DNA of 63,815 nt, filler included, from Reclinomonas americana ATCC 50394 (taxonomy: Eukaryota): NCBI GenBank assembly GCA_048213135.1. It is 15 parts of 15 records of this genome, joined end to end, with 100 filler letters (N's around TTAATTAATTAA, not from the genome) between each part and the next. Parts side by side here need not be neighbours in the genome. Positions count along the whole stretch, not along the records: positions 1 to 4,291 come from AFZH01023516.1; positions 4,392 to 8,916 come from AFZH01023517.1; positions 9,017 to 11,970 come from AFZH01023519.1; positions 12,071 to 14,621 come from AFZH01023520.1; 11 more parts are not named here. One strand, 5' to 3'. The notes beneath the pieces are model-generated. The model did not search any database and was not told where the DNA came from. It saw only the letters and a program-made list of their open reading frames with translations. This document shows, one piece after another, positions 1 through 12,728 of this stretch. Both the position numbers and the translations under genes were made by a program. Each line of letters starts with the position of its first letter. Position 1 is the first letter of the stretch.

Positions 1-2670
1 GTCGATCTTGTCTTCGTCGTATGGAGGCGGTGGTGGTGTGGGTGGTGGTGGTGGTGGTGGTGGTCCGGGCGGGCGGCAGTCGGTGGAGTTCAGTCGTGAC
101 ACGTTTGCCGAGTTGGCGGCGGGTTCGGCGGCTGCGGCGGCGGCGGCTGGCGATGAGTTGGCGCAGCGTGGCTACGAGTCGTCGGAGCAGCAGTTCTACT
201 ATTACCACCAGCCGCAGCTGCGGAATCCGTCGGGGGCGGCAACGGAAGGAGCGCCGACAGGTGAGACGGGCGTGAGGAGGCGGTCAGTGTCGTTGTGCTG
301 ACGCGGTTTTTTGTTGGTCCCCACAACAGTGAGGGGCGCGCCGAGGCGTGCACCGTACCCGGATCCACAGCTGCGCCGAGTGCTGATGGTGTACGACTGT
401 GATTTGGACCACTTGGAGCGCGACGACGATGGTGATCTGGCCGACCCCGATGCTCGCATTCTGTACCTGGAGCCGGCCTCCATGCCCACCGAGAAGCAGG
501 TGAGCCCATCACCACAGAAGGGGAAGAGGGAGAGGTCCCTCATATTGCTTGGTTTTGGCAGATCTTCTTGGCGGGCAGTCTCGACGCGTTCGGCCACTTT
601 GCCGAGAACTTCAGCGAGGAGGACGAGACGCCGGTGCCGGAGATCATTGCGTTGTTGGGCACGAAACTCGTGCTGCGGCGAGTACGAGATCTGTGCATGG
701 TTTGCTACAACAATGGTCCGAGTTCTGTTTTTGCGAAACTGACTTTCGTGTTGCAGTGTGTTGGCTGGGACGCTTCGCTCGGCGACGAGGTGGTGGAAGA
801 GTTGACGACCATGCTGCAGCTGGCCATGGAGTTCTATGGTGGTCCGCTCGACACGCTCCCGGGGAGAATGCGACCACGTGGCACATTCGGCGAGGAAGTG
901 GTGCGCATCTGTCGCGAATGCTCTCAGTTGTCGCAGTTCCTTCGTCGGCGGCCATCGTCCATTATCTCTCACCTGCCCACCATTCGACTGCCGGCTGTTG
1001 AGTCACCCGCCCCACTCCCACGCCCCCTATTCGTGCCCAACTCACCTGCCCCTCACAGCAATGCTCGCGAGTATTCATTCAAGCCGTGCAAGTCATGGAC
1101 ACCATCACACGCAGTGCCGAGAATCTCGGTTGTGCTCTGTTTTTCGACGGCCAGTTGCGTGTGCACACACTCATCGCGGTATCTACTGTTCATCTCTGTA
1201 ACTCACCCTTTGATTATTGCCGCGCAGAGTGGTCACGACGCAACTGCCGACGCTGCAGACGCGTCTCATTTTGTTGCGATTGGAGGAGGTGGGTGTCGAA
1301 GCACTGTCTCTCCCCTCCACATGCGCTCACTCCATCTTGCGTGCAGATTGCCAGCGCGTCGCAACCAGGGTCGTCGTCGTCGTCCCGCGACTCGTCAGCG
1401 GAGCCGGCACCCAATGAGCCGCTGGCGCCGCCGCAACCGACAGCGCGCACCACGCTGGCGCGTCACTCGTTCGCCATGGGCGACGAGCGACTGGAGTTCC
1501 AACCGGTGTTCCTGCGCTACGACGAAATTGAGCAGTTGCGGGCCGACGCTCTTGGCATGCACGTTGTGTTCGTAACAATTGCGCGCGCTCATGTGGGGGA
1601 GAGAATCGCAGAATCCGTGCCAATGTGTCCGCTCGCGAGACGGAGCACGATCCGCGGGGTCGGCGACTGCACACGTCGGATGCGATTCGAGTTGCGTCGA
1701 AGCGTTGGCATGCATTGATTTGCTGGTGACTTACTGGTCGTGTCATTGGTGGTTGCAGTCGTTGCTGCCGGACGAAGCACAGGGCCAGTATGTGGGTCTG
1801 ATGGTGCACACGGTCGGCCGCACAACGCTGGCAGTGGTAATGGAGCTGCCGGCCATGTACTCGAGGCGACACGTCCATCGCATGGTGAGTGCCGCAGGGA
1901 GGGGAAGAGAGCTCTGTTCGTTCCTTTGCCTCACACTGTCTTGTGCACAGCGTCTCGACAATCAGGAGGCACTCTCGCAGCTGGAGCAGCGGCTGATTGT
2001 GGCGTGCCGCATGGTGGAGCGCGACGCCACTTTGGGCGAATTGGAGCATCTTGTTGTCGACTCGCTGCATCAGTCCGGTCGCGTGCGCACGCCTCTCTTT
2101 GAGCAGCTGACGCAGTCGATGTACAACACGCTGCGGTCGGGACATGCGCGAGTCGATCGCAGAAAGCGCTGGGAGGAGCGTCAGCAGCACCGGTTGGAGA
2201 AGCAGCAAAAGGTGCGGCACATACGTTTTTTGTGCAGTTTTGGCCGTGGTTATTTGCTGACTCGTGTGAGATGTCATCAGTTGGAGGCGGAGGGCGGCAC
2301 GTTTGAGAAACCCATGACGCAGGCGAGTTACGCAAAGAAATCGGCCGCCGCAGCCGCTGCTTCGTCGGGCGAGTCAGTGGCCTCCGACGACATGTTCCTG
2401 GAGGAGGACGACGATGAGGAGATCACCGAGGTGTGCCTGGCCGGACCCGGCTTCTCGGCGCTCGCTCGGAGAGTTGAGTGATGAGGAAAGAAGGGGGGGA
2501 GAATGGTGCGCGACGTGGGGTGTGCTTACATGCTTACACGCGCACAGGTGCACGGCACAAGTGTGTTCTTCTTGCGGCCGGAGAATCCGCGCAACACCAC
2601 GCGTGTGGACCCCGTGCAGCGAGTATGCCGGCTGGCACTGAAGGCGCAGCAGCACTTGACATTATTGTAA
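1..2670 (+). CDS. HPS4/CCZ1-family longin-domain protein (BLOC-3/Mon1-Ccz1-type Rab GEF subunit), multi-exon, possibly 5'-partial
   Basis: The spliced segment VLMVYDCD...DPDARILYLEPASMPTEKQIFLAGSLDAF...TKLVLRRVRDLCM...MEFYGGPL resembles the first longin domain of HPS4/CCZ1. The last exon ends KAQQHLTLL* (TAA 2668-2670). Introns are GT-AG. Confidence 0.6.
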
Positions 2671-2727
2671 TTGGCGGCAGCAGCAGTGTACAACGCGGAT
2701 TCGTGTCTTATATACATTTTGTTCCAT

Positions 2728-4012
2728 TCAGCCGCCAAGCATGAACAGCACGCTCCACACCCACACCGCAATGGTGAGCACCACGACGGCGTACAAGAGA
2801 AGCGAGCGACGGCAGGTGAGAGTTTCGACAAAGGTCGTCTGCTGGCCCTGCACGAACTCGGGCTGCAGCACGAAACGCTCGGCCAGCAGCGACACGAGCC
2901 GATTGTCGACGTGGAAGGTGCGGTGGACGAGTGGTGGCAGCCCGAACGATTGCACCAGCCTGCAGTGGCGTTGAGTACGCAAGTAAGGACGCGCAAGAGC
3001 AAGTCCGCAACTTGGACATCACGCCGAGTGTGAGTCCGCGCAGCTGAAACATGCGCGAGTCGTCGTGTGCATCCGGCGCCTCGGGGCACGGAATCTCCAC
3101 GGTAGGGAAGCGCATGCGATCCACCGAGAGCGCCCGTTCGACGACCGACGGCAGCAACCAGCGCCGCTTGCCGAGGAACGACGACAGCGAACGGACAAGC
3201 ACCGTGGAGTGCGGCTCGTACGCCAAGATCCAGTCCAGAGGCACCCAGCGACACGCGGCAACCTCGAATGGATGCAACGTCAGCGGCGGCGTCACCTTGC
3301 ACACTTGCAGGAACACTGGGTGCGACACGAGGGCATGAGAGACCGTCGCAGACCCTGCCCCACTTCCGCATCAACTCACCGACACAGCGCACGACCAGCA
3401 TGCGACCGGAGCGCGTCTTGGCCACACGAATGCGCTCGCCCTGCCCAATGCGACGATACCGCCGATCGTCGTCCACCTGCAGACCGACCTCCTCCCGCGT
3501 CTCCCTGATCGCCGTCTCCGCGTCGCTCTCCGATCCCTGCTGCATCGATCAGCACCAACGCAACAGCAGCAGCGATGACGACAAACAGCACCTCCTGTCC
3601 ACCACCAGGAAACGCGACATGCCCGCTCCACGGATAACTCGCCCCGACTTGTCCACCATGATCGGACTTGCGAATGAAGAAGACCTCGACGGTGCCTCGT
3701 CGCACCCACTCCTTGCACAGAAACGCCGACGTCGACAACTCATCGCCCAGCTGCTCCCGATCTGCACAAAGAAAGACATCAGAGAGAATGCCTTTGCGCG
3801 CTCAACAATGAGTGGCGACGCTCGCCTTCATCGCTCGCCGCATCCTCGACTGCCGGTCGCACACGCACAATCATGGCCACTGCAGAGCGACGCAGAGGAA
3901 TGGGCAATGGCTGTGTGGGGAGGTCGCTCGTGTCGCCATTGCTTTCCACCGAGGACTCGAGCTTGTGCACGATGCGCTCGAGCAGAGTGTGCGCGGGAGA
4001 GAGTGGTGGCAT
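2728..4012 (-). CDS. Nudix hydrolase, CoA-pyrophosphatase-like (PCD1/NUDT7/8 type), with C-terminal hydrophobic segment
   Basis: Motifs RRSAVAMIV and WSGHVAFPGG, then the Nudix box GG|MQQGSESDAETAIRETREEVGL across an intron. The C-terminus is AVVVLTIAVWVWSVLFMLGG*. Confidence 0.85.
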
Positions 4013-4291
4013 GGTGGTCCAGTCTGCACTCGACAAGTGACGTGTGGCGTGACGGAGGAGTGGATCGCTCGCGACTGATTGTCATTCATTGTGTGTGTGA
4101 GAGAGAGTGCGGCAATGTCTTTCGAAGACGGTGGTTTTGAGTTGCGTGTGTGTGTGTGCATATGCGCGTGTGTGATTGTGCTGAACGTGTGAACGCAGAT
4201 ACGAGGGAGGCGATGATGACCAGGGCGATGAGGAGGTACACATGCATGCATTGCGTGTGTGTGCATTCACTCACTGTGTGTGTGTGTGTGT

Positions 4292-4391
4292 NNNNNNNNN
4301 NNNNNNNNNNNNNNNNNNNNNNNNNNNNNNNNNNNTTAATTAATTAANNNNNNNNNNNNNNNNNNNNNNNNNNNNNNNNNNNNNNNNNNNN
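4292..4391. other. Artificial contig spacer (first of 14)
   Basis: 44 N + TTAATTAATTAA + 44 N. Others lie at 8917-9016, 11971-12070, 14622-14721, 35350-35449, 37791-37890, 41080-41179, 52956-53055, 54427-54526, 55843-55942, 57185-57284, 58299-58398, 60809-60908 and 62688-62787. Confidence 0.99.
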
Positions 4392-4392
4392 A

Positions 4393-4467
4393 TTCATCAT
4401 TCGGCGGTACCTGCCCGATGGGTCGTACGAAGACTGGTCGCTGGACCAGCTGATTATTTCAGATTAG
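4393..4467 (+). CDS. RPB6: RNA polymerase I/II/III shared subunit RPB6, C-terminal fragment
   Basis: Translates as FIIRRYLPDGSYEDWSLDQLIISD*, the highly conserved RPB6 C-terminus. It is not in the ORF track. Confidence 0.92.
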   Translation, partial: FIIRRYLPDGSYEDWSLDQLIISD

Positions 4468-5018
4468 AGAGGAGAATGGTGTGTGTGTGTGTGTGGCTGC
4501 CGCGAAATGAAGGTAGGAGACGGCAATGGTAGCAGCAGCAGGGATCTCGAGACCCGCAGCCCTCGGGAGACACTCCGCTTTCTACGCAGCGGTGTCTGCA
4601 GGCCAGGTGAGGGTTGTGTGTGAGAAGCGCACCTGCGGGCTGGGGAGTCAGGAGTTCCGCGTACGTCTGCAGCGTCTTTCTGCAGTGCGCTCTGCTGGCC
4701 GCATGGTGGCCAGCCATGGATCAGGGATGCAAGGTCCATGGGCACAGGAGTTGCTGCCAGGTAATCAGGTCGCTAGGAGGGCAAGGGTACCGGCAGGGAG
4801 CAATCAAAGTCAGTGCTGCGCACCAATTCGAATTCATGCTGGTCGTATGCACATGAGCTCGACATCACAAAGATATCATGCATCATCGCTCGCTCCTCTC
4901 AATGCAACGCTCATGCCCCACGGCTACAACCATTCGAAGCCACGAAGGACACGTGAGAAATTTTCGAGAGCCGCGGCTGCTTGTCCCCGATATCAATCCA
5001 TTAGTCACACAGAGAGCA

Positions 5019-7656
5019 ATGACCGATGTCGGCTCTCTGCGACCTCCCGGGTCACCTACCGGTGCCTCTGCATTCTCTCCCCTGCGACCACCACCCGCCT
5101 CCTCCTCCTCCTCAAACACCGCAAATGGCGCACCCTCTGCAGCAGCAGCAGCAGCTCCCAGCAACAACACCAGCAATAGAGCAGAGAGCGGCGCGAGTGG
5201 CAGTGTCGACGAGTCCACTCGCATGACACTGCACGACATTCGCATGCTGGCGCGACTTGGTAAGCGCACGTGCGAGACACACTCACTCACGCGCACACAC
5301 GCGCTCACACGCTTACACAGCGGCGAGTGATGCGGACATGCAAGATGTGATTCGAGAGCAGGGTGGTGTGGAACCTCTTGTGGCGCTGCTGGAGGATGCC
5401 GCCGAGGATGTGCGTTATGAGGCCTCACGTGCGCTTCGCGTGCTCGGTGCGTGCGTGTGTGTCATCATCATCATTATCTTCACTGGCATTTCACATCGGC
5501 ATTTGTTCATTGCTCTTGCGTTTTCTGGGAGCGCAGCATGGAAGAACGATGCCAATGTGGAGGTCATGCGACGCGAGGGGTGCATTCCCACGCTCGTCCG
5601 CCTCGTCTCCGATGACAAGGTCGCGCGACAGCCGGCCACTCGTTTGATTGCGGACCTTGCGTGGAACAATCCCACCAACAAGGTTCTCATTCGCTCGGTG
5701 CGTTGACCACCCGTGTGCGCTCTCCTCTCCCCGCCTCTCTCTCTCTCTCACACACACATGCGCGTGCTGGGAGTGCAGGCTGGAGGCATCGAGGCGATGG
5801 TGTGGCGATTGGAGGATTCGAGTGACGATGTGCGGAGGCATGCTGCGATGGCGTTGCGGTACTTGGGTTCGTTCGCTCCCCTTTTCTATTTTTCTCTCTC
5901 TTCATTTCCCTCCTCGTGTATTGCTGACGAAAAAGCCCTGTTCGTTAGCCAATGGCGACGAGGAGAACAAGGAGGCGATTAGGAAGGCGCGAGGGATTCT
6001 GGCGCTGGTGGATGTACTCGACGATTCGTCGCCCAAGGTCCGTTCCGAAGCCGCCGGAGCGTTGGCTAATCTCGGTGCGTGCATGCCGCATCTCCATCTG
6101 CACCGTATCATTCTTGACTCACTGCTGTGGGGTGCTACAGCCTGGCACAACAAGGCCAACCAGGACGAGGTGCGAACGTGTGCGGGAATTCCTCCGCTCA
6201 TCGCCATGCTTCGGGACCCCGTGTCGGATGTGCGATGTGAGGCGGCGTGGGCGTTGAAGAACCTAGGTGGGTCTTGAGGGGTGGGGTGCGGAGACGTGGA
6301 GAGCGCCTGCTGACTGCATCATTTTGCGTTACAGCCAATCAGCATGCACGGAACCAGACGCTAATCGACAGGGAAGGAGGCACAGCGCTGCTGGTTGAGT
6401 CGCTTGGTGATGGCGTGCCTGATGTGGCAAGAGAGGCTGCCGCCGCGTTGGTCAATCTTAGTTGCGCACGCCGACGCTGACTTGTTCTCCTTCTCTCCCC
6501 TGACTTGCAACGCGACGCACAGGCTGTAACAACGAGGATGCCCAAGTGTCTATCGCGCGTCTGGGTGCCGTACCACGCCTGCTCGAGTTCCTCCGAGAGC
6601 ACGATGACAACCACATGCATCGCGTGTGCATTGCTGCGCTGGCCAATGTCGGTGCGTCCTTATCTTCTCAGCGTGCGCGCACCCGCAGATGCTGCGTGCA
6701 GCTCACCTCTCTCCTCTTCTTGTTGGCAATGCCAGCATGCTGTGACAGGGGACGCGACGCGCTGCGTGAGGCAGGTGGTGTGACGGTGCTGCTCGATATC
6801 TTGCGGAGGAACTCGCCAGCATCAAACCAGACACGGTTGTCGGCTGTGCGCACACTGGTGGCTCTGGGTGAGTGATGTGATGCGGCGTACTTCTCTCTCT
6901 CTTGCTCACTCCTGTGGATCGTGTAGCGTGCAAGAACGAGGCCAGCCAAACGGCGATTCGAGAAAAGAACGGAGTTCCCATTCTGCTGTCGTTGCTGAAG
7001 GACCGAGCAGCAGAACTGCGCTTGTATGCTCTGTGGACGTTGAAGAATCTGGGTGCGTGTGATGGGCGTGTTGTTGTGTGCCAGCCCCTTTTTCTCACGC
7101 GTTTTCCCCCTCCAGCCTGGAAGAACCACGCCAACCAACTGGCAGTACTGGAGATTGGCGGCATTCGATCCATTGTCGAACTGCTGGCCGACCCGGCCCC
7201 CGACATTAAGCGCGAGGCGGCAGGCGCACTGTGGGCGCTGGGTACGTGTGTTCTCCCTCTTGTACAGAAGGATGTTTGGGATGTGTGTGTGACTAACGAG
7301 AATGTTGCAGCGGACGGCAATCCCGAGACACAAGCAGACATGCACGCGCTTGGCGCGCCTGCACTGCTGCGCGAGCTGCTCGTTCCGAATGCCCCCGCTC
7401 TGGCCGCCAAGTTTGCCGCACGCGCCCTCTCGTGCCTCGGCCATGAGCATCCGAGCCCCCGCGCCGAAGACTTGCACTCGCCTGGTTTGTTGTGCCTTCT
7501 TACCCGGCTCCCCTGCAACTTGCTCACCACTCTGCAGGCTCACGACTGCTGGCCGAGTCAGCATTATCGCCACCCGGCCGTCTGGACTTGCCAAGGCTGG
7601 ACCACAGCACCGAGGGAGCATCGTCGACTGTGAGTGGCATTGGCGACATGCGGTGA
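5019..7656 (+). CDS. Armadillo (ARM)-repeat protein, about 11-12 repeats, about 12 introns
   Basis: Repeated ~42-aa units such as NKEAIRKARGILALVDVLDDSSPKVRSEAAGALANLA and NQDEVRTCAGIPPLIAMLRDPVSDVRCEAAWALKNLA. The start codon is uncertain. Confidence 0.9.
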
Positions 7657-7946
7657 CACGACAACTGCAAGTAGTGGTAGCTGTAGTAGTCGTCCGTGTT
7701 GTCGTTTGCCTTTTGTTGTTCCTTCTCCCCCGCTTGCCGCCACCGCAGCACGCCTGGCGTTCTCGTTTCTTTTATTCTCAGTCTCCTGTCGCTTGCTGTT
7801 TGTTCTCGTTCCGTGTCTGTATTCTCTCGCTTCCTGCAGCTTCTGTCGTTGTTTGCGTCATGGGTAATCGCACGACGAGTGTGAAGGGCGGGTCATAAAA
7901 AAGAAAACATTGTCATGCATTCATTGGTTGTCCTCAACAACACACA

Positions 7947-8916
7947 ATGTCGTCTGCCGAGCGCATCAACCACCGCGTTCTGCTCGTGCGGCGCCCCGAG
8001 GGCAACTTCCACGAGGACGACTTTCAGCACGAGGATGTGCGCCGCGTGAGACGAGAGAAGAGTGAGTGAGAGACAAGTGCTGACTGCGGATTCTCGCAGG
8101 TGCCGGTGCCCGAGCTAAAGGAGAATGAGGCGCTGGTGCGCGTGCTCTACCTCAGCCTGGACCCCGCCATGCGCATCTGTTGCGTTCACAAATGCAGCAG
8201 AGACAAGCACACGCGCACACGCACTGATGCAATGCTCACAGGGACTTCGGAGAAACCCTCCTATCGCCCCAGCATTCCGGTGTGCATTCTCTCCCCTCGC
8301 CCTCCTTCTCTCCTTTCTCCATTCCCTCTCCTTACATGTGTGTTTCTGTCGCTGCAGCTGGGCACGGTGATGGACGGCAGCGGTGTAGGAATCGTCGAGG
8401 AGAGCAAGCATCCCGGCTTTGCGCCGGGCGATGCTGTTGAGCTCCCTCCACTCTCTCCCCTCTCCTCTCCCCCTCCCATCTCGTTCCTTACGAATAGTGT
8501 GTTGTAGGTGTCTGGAATGATGGGCTTCCAGACGTACGCGGTAATCAACACCAGCACGTCGCGCCTGAACAAGGTGCCGCGCATTCCGGGTGTGCCGCTG
8601 GTCGCCGCCTTGGCTGTCCTGGGGTACGCATGAATGTGTGCGCTAGGCGTTTCGAGGCTGTGTTTGTGAACTCGCCATCGACAGACACATTGGAGCGACG
8701 GCGTGCCACGGCATCTTTGAGATCCTCAACCCGAAGCCTGGTTCGTGCACGCCGAAATCTAACTTCCGATAGGGAAAGTGCACTTTCTGCATTGTGCAAA
8801 CACCCACATCACTGACACTCGTGCCCTCTCTTCTTCTTCTTCTCCTCCTCCTCCTCCTTCTTGTTCTTCTTCTTCTTCTTCTTCTTCTTCTTCTTCTTCT
8901 TCTTCTTCTTCTTCTT
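7947..8916 (+). CDS. NADP-dependent oxidoreductase (prostaglandin reductase/CurA-like MDR family), 3'-partial
   Basis: Spliced translation MSSAERINHRVLLVRRPEG...PVPELKENEALVRVLYLSLDPAMRIW...LGTVMDGSGVGIVEESKHPGFAPGD...GHIGATACHGIFEILNPKP. It is cut by the contig end. Confidence 0.9.
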
Positions 8917-9016
8917 NNNNNNNNNNNNNNNNNNNNNNNNNNNNNNNNNNNNNNNNNNNNTTAATTAATTAANNNNNNNNNNNNNNNNNNNNNNNNNNNN
9001 NNNNNNNNNNNNNNNN

Positions 9017-10154
9017 GCTCGACGCCTGTGCATGTTCAGTCAACCATCACTCACTCACTCCCTGGCTCAGCACACACACCGTTCGGCCGACACAGCCAGG
9101 CGCAGACGCACGCCCTCGCGAGCACTGAGTGACATGCTGGGAAAGTACACAATCGTCTGACCCATGGGTATGTTCTCGAACGCCAGCCCGAGATCAATCC
9201 CGTTGCGAAAGAAGCGCACCGAGCCCACCAACTTGCCTGCGAGAGCACGAGTTGGCAAACCTCCCACATCCTCAAGCAAGCATCACACACACCGTCGTCG
9301 CGCACGTTGCTCTCCAGCACCGCCGAGATCACATCGCCAGTGGTCCACGTCGCACCATACGACAGCGACTCGGCGTTCCAGGCCAGCACGCGATTGCCGT
9401 CATACGAGTACGTGCCCGGCAGATCACCGATGCCAACCTGCGCGACTCACTGAGCATCGCCACACACACACACAGCGCCTGGCATCACAGAGACAACAGT
9501 CACCCAACTTCGTTGTTGCTGGCCGACACATCGCGAACACCCCAGCCAATCTGCATCACACCCGGCGACAACAGCACCACTTCGTAGACCCATTTGCCGG
9601 CGCCTACGCCTGCATTGGCCTGCACAGTGGTGAACCCGACACGACTCATGGCCTGGTCGACGTGCACAATCAGCCGCCGCCACACACAAACAAAACAATG
9701 CCGACAATCACCGCACCATCAGCCTGTCATGAGAAAAGTCGGCGCGCCCAAACACACGATATGGATCGAACGTGGGCATTGGCTCTGCTGGCGCTGCTGC
9801 TGCGCCTCCGCTCATCGCCAAGCCGCCTCTGGACGGCGACGACGACGACGACGAGGAAGCCGACAAAGAATCACTCATTCCCGCGAAAACGCGCACGAAA
9901 TCGGGTGGCTGCATTCTGGCTTCGGCCTGGCGAGCGTCCAGCTCGACGCTGACATCGCGCATCCCCGCACAACATCTGTGGATGGGCGGGCGTGCGTGGG
10001 TGGGCGAGGGGCGGCCATGGTCGATGAGACCTCACACACAAGACAGACACAGCACACACGCGAACACTCAAGGGATGCGTCACCTCACAAACAAGTCGTC
10101 GGCTGGCGCACCGCCGCGACCGAGCTCGGTCACGAGGGCCAGCACACGCTCCAT
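9017..10154 (-). CDS. SPRY-domain protein (RNF123/RKP-like N-terminus), 3'-partial
   Basis: FTTVQANAGVGAGKWVYEVVLLSPGVMQIGW...GIGDLPGTYSYDGNRVLAWN...YGATWTTGDVIS...FFRNGIDLGLAF...YFPSMSLS matches the SPRY consensus. Confidence 0.85.
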
Positions 10155-10284
10155 GCACCGACAGAGACAACTCAATGTCCCACGACGTTCGCGACGTTCT
10201 CAAGAAAAATCACAAATCGCATTCATTGAAGTGCTTGCCCACCTCTCCCACTCCCTCCCCCCTCTCTCATCTGTACGTTACGCT

Positions 10285-11970
10285 TCAGAAGGTAAGATCG
10301 TCATCGTCGTCACCGTTGACCGCTGCTCTCCCATTGATCGCCGGCGACGAGCCAGGTGAGTGGTGGTGGTGGTGGTGCTGGTGCCCGTCACGTGGCACAT
10401 TCAACGAGTACGTATCCGTGTGCGACGAGTACGAGTAGCGCACCGTCACCGATTCACCGGTGATCAGCGTAGTCGAGGACTCGTCACGCTCGCTCACCAC
10501 GAAATTGTCGCGTTCCGAGGCCAGTCCGCTGCGCACACCACTGCCGCCGCCGCCAACGCTGTTCAGTGCGGGCGACAGGCTTTGTCGCACGCGAGTCGGC
10601 GGCGAGTCGTGCGTCACCAGAAAGGCAGCGTCGGCACCGGCCGCAGAACGGCCCAGGCGACCGCCACCACCCGGCGACACGTCCTCGGCCATGGCGCCAC
10701 TGCCAGTGAGGTCACTGGGGCTGCGCTGAATCTTGTACACCGGTGGCGAGGGGGCGCCAGGCAGTCCGGCTGTGTGTCGGCTGCCGAGTGGCGAATGTGA
10801 GTGCGAGCGCGGTGCTGAGCGCGCACGACCAGAGCCACCACTGCCCGGCATGGGCGACGCGTCGCGCTGCTCCTTCATCGGGCTGTTGGCGCCCGACATG
10901 GCCTCCCGACGCTCCTGCTGGTACAGCGCCTGTTGCAGGTGCCGCTTCTGGTTGCGCAGTGTCTGGCCCTGCTTGATGTAGGCCGACTTGAGGGCGGCAA
11001 TCTGCTCCTCCAGACCCTGATATCTGGCCGACGCCTGCATAAAGTACAAGCGCTGGCCCTCCAGCTCCTCGTGCGTGCCGGCCAGCTCGGCGCGCAGCTT
11101 GTCGATCGTCTCGTCCTTGAGGGCATACTCGCCCTCCAGGCGATTGATCTTCTCGCGATGCAGCGCAGACAGCTGGTGGAAGTCCGACAGCTTCTTCTCC
11201 ATGTTGCGCAACTCCTCTTCCAGCACAGCCACACGCGACGACTCGGCCTGCGCTCGCTGCATCTCGACGTTGAGAACATTGGCGTTCTCTCGCTCCAGCT
11301 CCACAATGCGCTGCAGGTTGAGCGAGTGCTCCACCTTCAGACGCTCGGCTTCGGCCTCGGCCGCATCCAGACGCTGGTCACACAGGTGAGCGACAAACAA
11401 AACACACAAGAAGCACACAAAGAGTTGACGGGGTTCGACTGACCTTTTGCAGCATGCTAATCTCCGCGTCCGTGTCCTTGCGCAGTCGGTCACGCTCGTC
11501 GCGAATGGCCACAATCTGTCGCTCCAGCTCCTGAATGGCGCGCAGGCGATCCGAGGCATCGGCCTGCACCAACTGCAGCTGACGTGCCAGATCGTTGCGT
11601 GCGCGCTCCAGACCGGCGTTGGCCTCCTGCCCCTTGCGCGCGGCACTCTCCACCTCCTTCACCGCCTTGTCCATCTCGCGCACGCGCTTCTCGCTCTCTC
11701 GCACATCCTCACGCAACTGCTCGTTCAGAGCCGTCAGCTCCTTGCACGTCTTGGTGGAGTCGTTGAAGCGCTTCTCCAAGCCAGCGATGCGCTTGTTGGC
11801 GTCCGCCAACTGCTGCTCCACTGTCCGCACGTCCGAGTGCGAGTGCTCGACCTTGGTCGACAGCTCGGCATTCTGCCGCCTGAGGGCCTTGATCTCCTCC
11901 TGCAGACGGTGCGCCAGTCCACCAAAGTGCTCGGCGCGCGACGCGTGCTCCTGCGCCTGCTGGTCGAGCG
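10285..11970 (-). CDS. Long coiled-coil protein with low-complexity C-terminus, 5'-partial
   Basis: Heptad-rich E/Q/K/R/L frames (11378-11830 and 10285-11646) are joined by an intron near 11373-11442. Confidence 0.7.
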
Positions 11971-12070
11971 NNNNNNNNNNNNNNNNNNNNNNNNNNNNNN
12001 NNNNNNNNNNNNNNTTAATTAATTAANNNNNNNNNNNNNNNNNNNNNNNNNNNNNNNNNNNNNNNNNNNN

Positions 12071-12728
12071 GGGTGGCCCCGCGTCGCTGTGCCCACTCTG
12101 TGGCAAGGACTCGGAGTCGCTCGGTCACTTGCTCAACGGCTGTGAAAAGCTGAAGGGCATGTGGACGACGCGTCACGACAACGTGCTCGACGTTCTCCAA
12201 GCGGCTTTGGTGCGGCGCCCCAAGGAGGACGGTGTGGTGTGCCAGCTGCAGCGCGAGCGTGTCGACGCCGACCTGCTGCCAGCGCCGGCGGACATTGCCA
12301 ACCACGCCAACTTGGCCAGGCTCAAGCCGGACCTCACCCTGGTTCACACCAGAGAGGGGACTGGTGAGATCTCCTTGGTCCAGGTGGTGGAGTTGACGTG
12401 CCCCTTTGCCAACGAAGACTCGGTCAAGACTGCTATCAACGGCAAGAAGGCCAAGTACGAGTCGTTGGTCAAGGCCATCAAGCAGAAGGTCGGCGATCAG
12501 GCCAAGGTTGAGCTGGTGATGCTCCCTGTGACCTCGATTGGCACGGCATCGGCCTTGGTGTCGACTGGCCTCCGTCGTCTCGGCGTGCGCAACGTCCGAC
12601 AGTGCATCTCTCGCCTTTGCACGACAAGCTTACGTACAAGTTACTCGATGTTTGTCCAACGATGCAAGGGTGTGGGTGGTGCACAGGGTCCGGTCGGAGT
12701 GCAGCTTGGTCATGGGGGCGTGGTTTGA
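12071..12728 (+). mobile_element. 3' end of a non-LTR retrotransposon ORF with restriction-like endonuclease (R2/NeSL/CRE-type)
   Basis: Intronless frame with a CCHC knuckle (CPLCGKDSESLGHLLNGC), RHDNVL, a PD-(D/E)xK-type core (LKPDL...VVELTCPF) and KKAKY. The RT domain is beyond the contig start. Confidence 0.88.

Noticed and set aside
4336..4347. Recurrent TTAATTAATTAA motif and ORFs ending in ...XXXLIN
   Set aside because: This is an artificial six-frame-stop linker between contigs.
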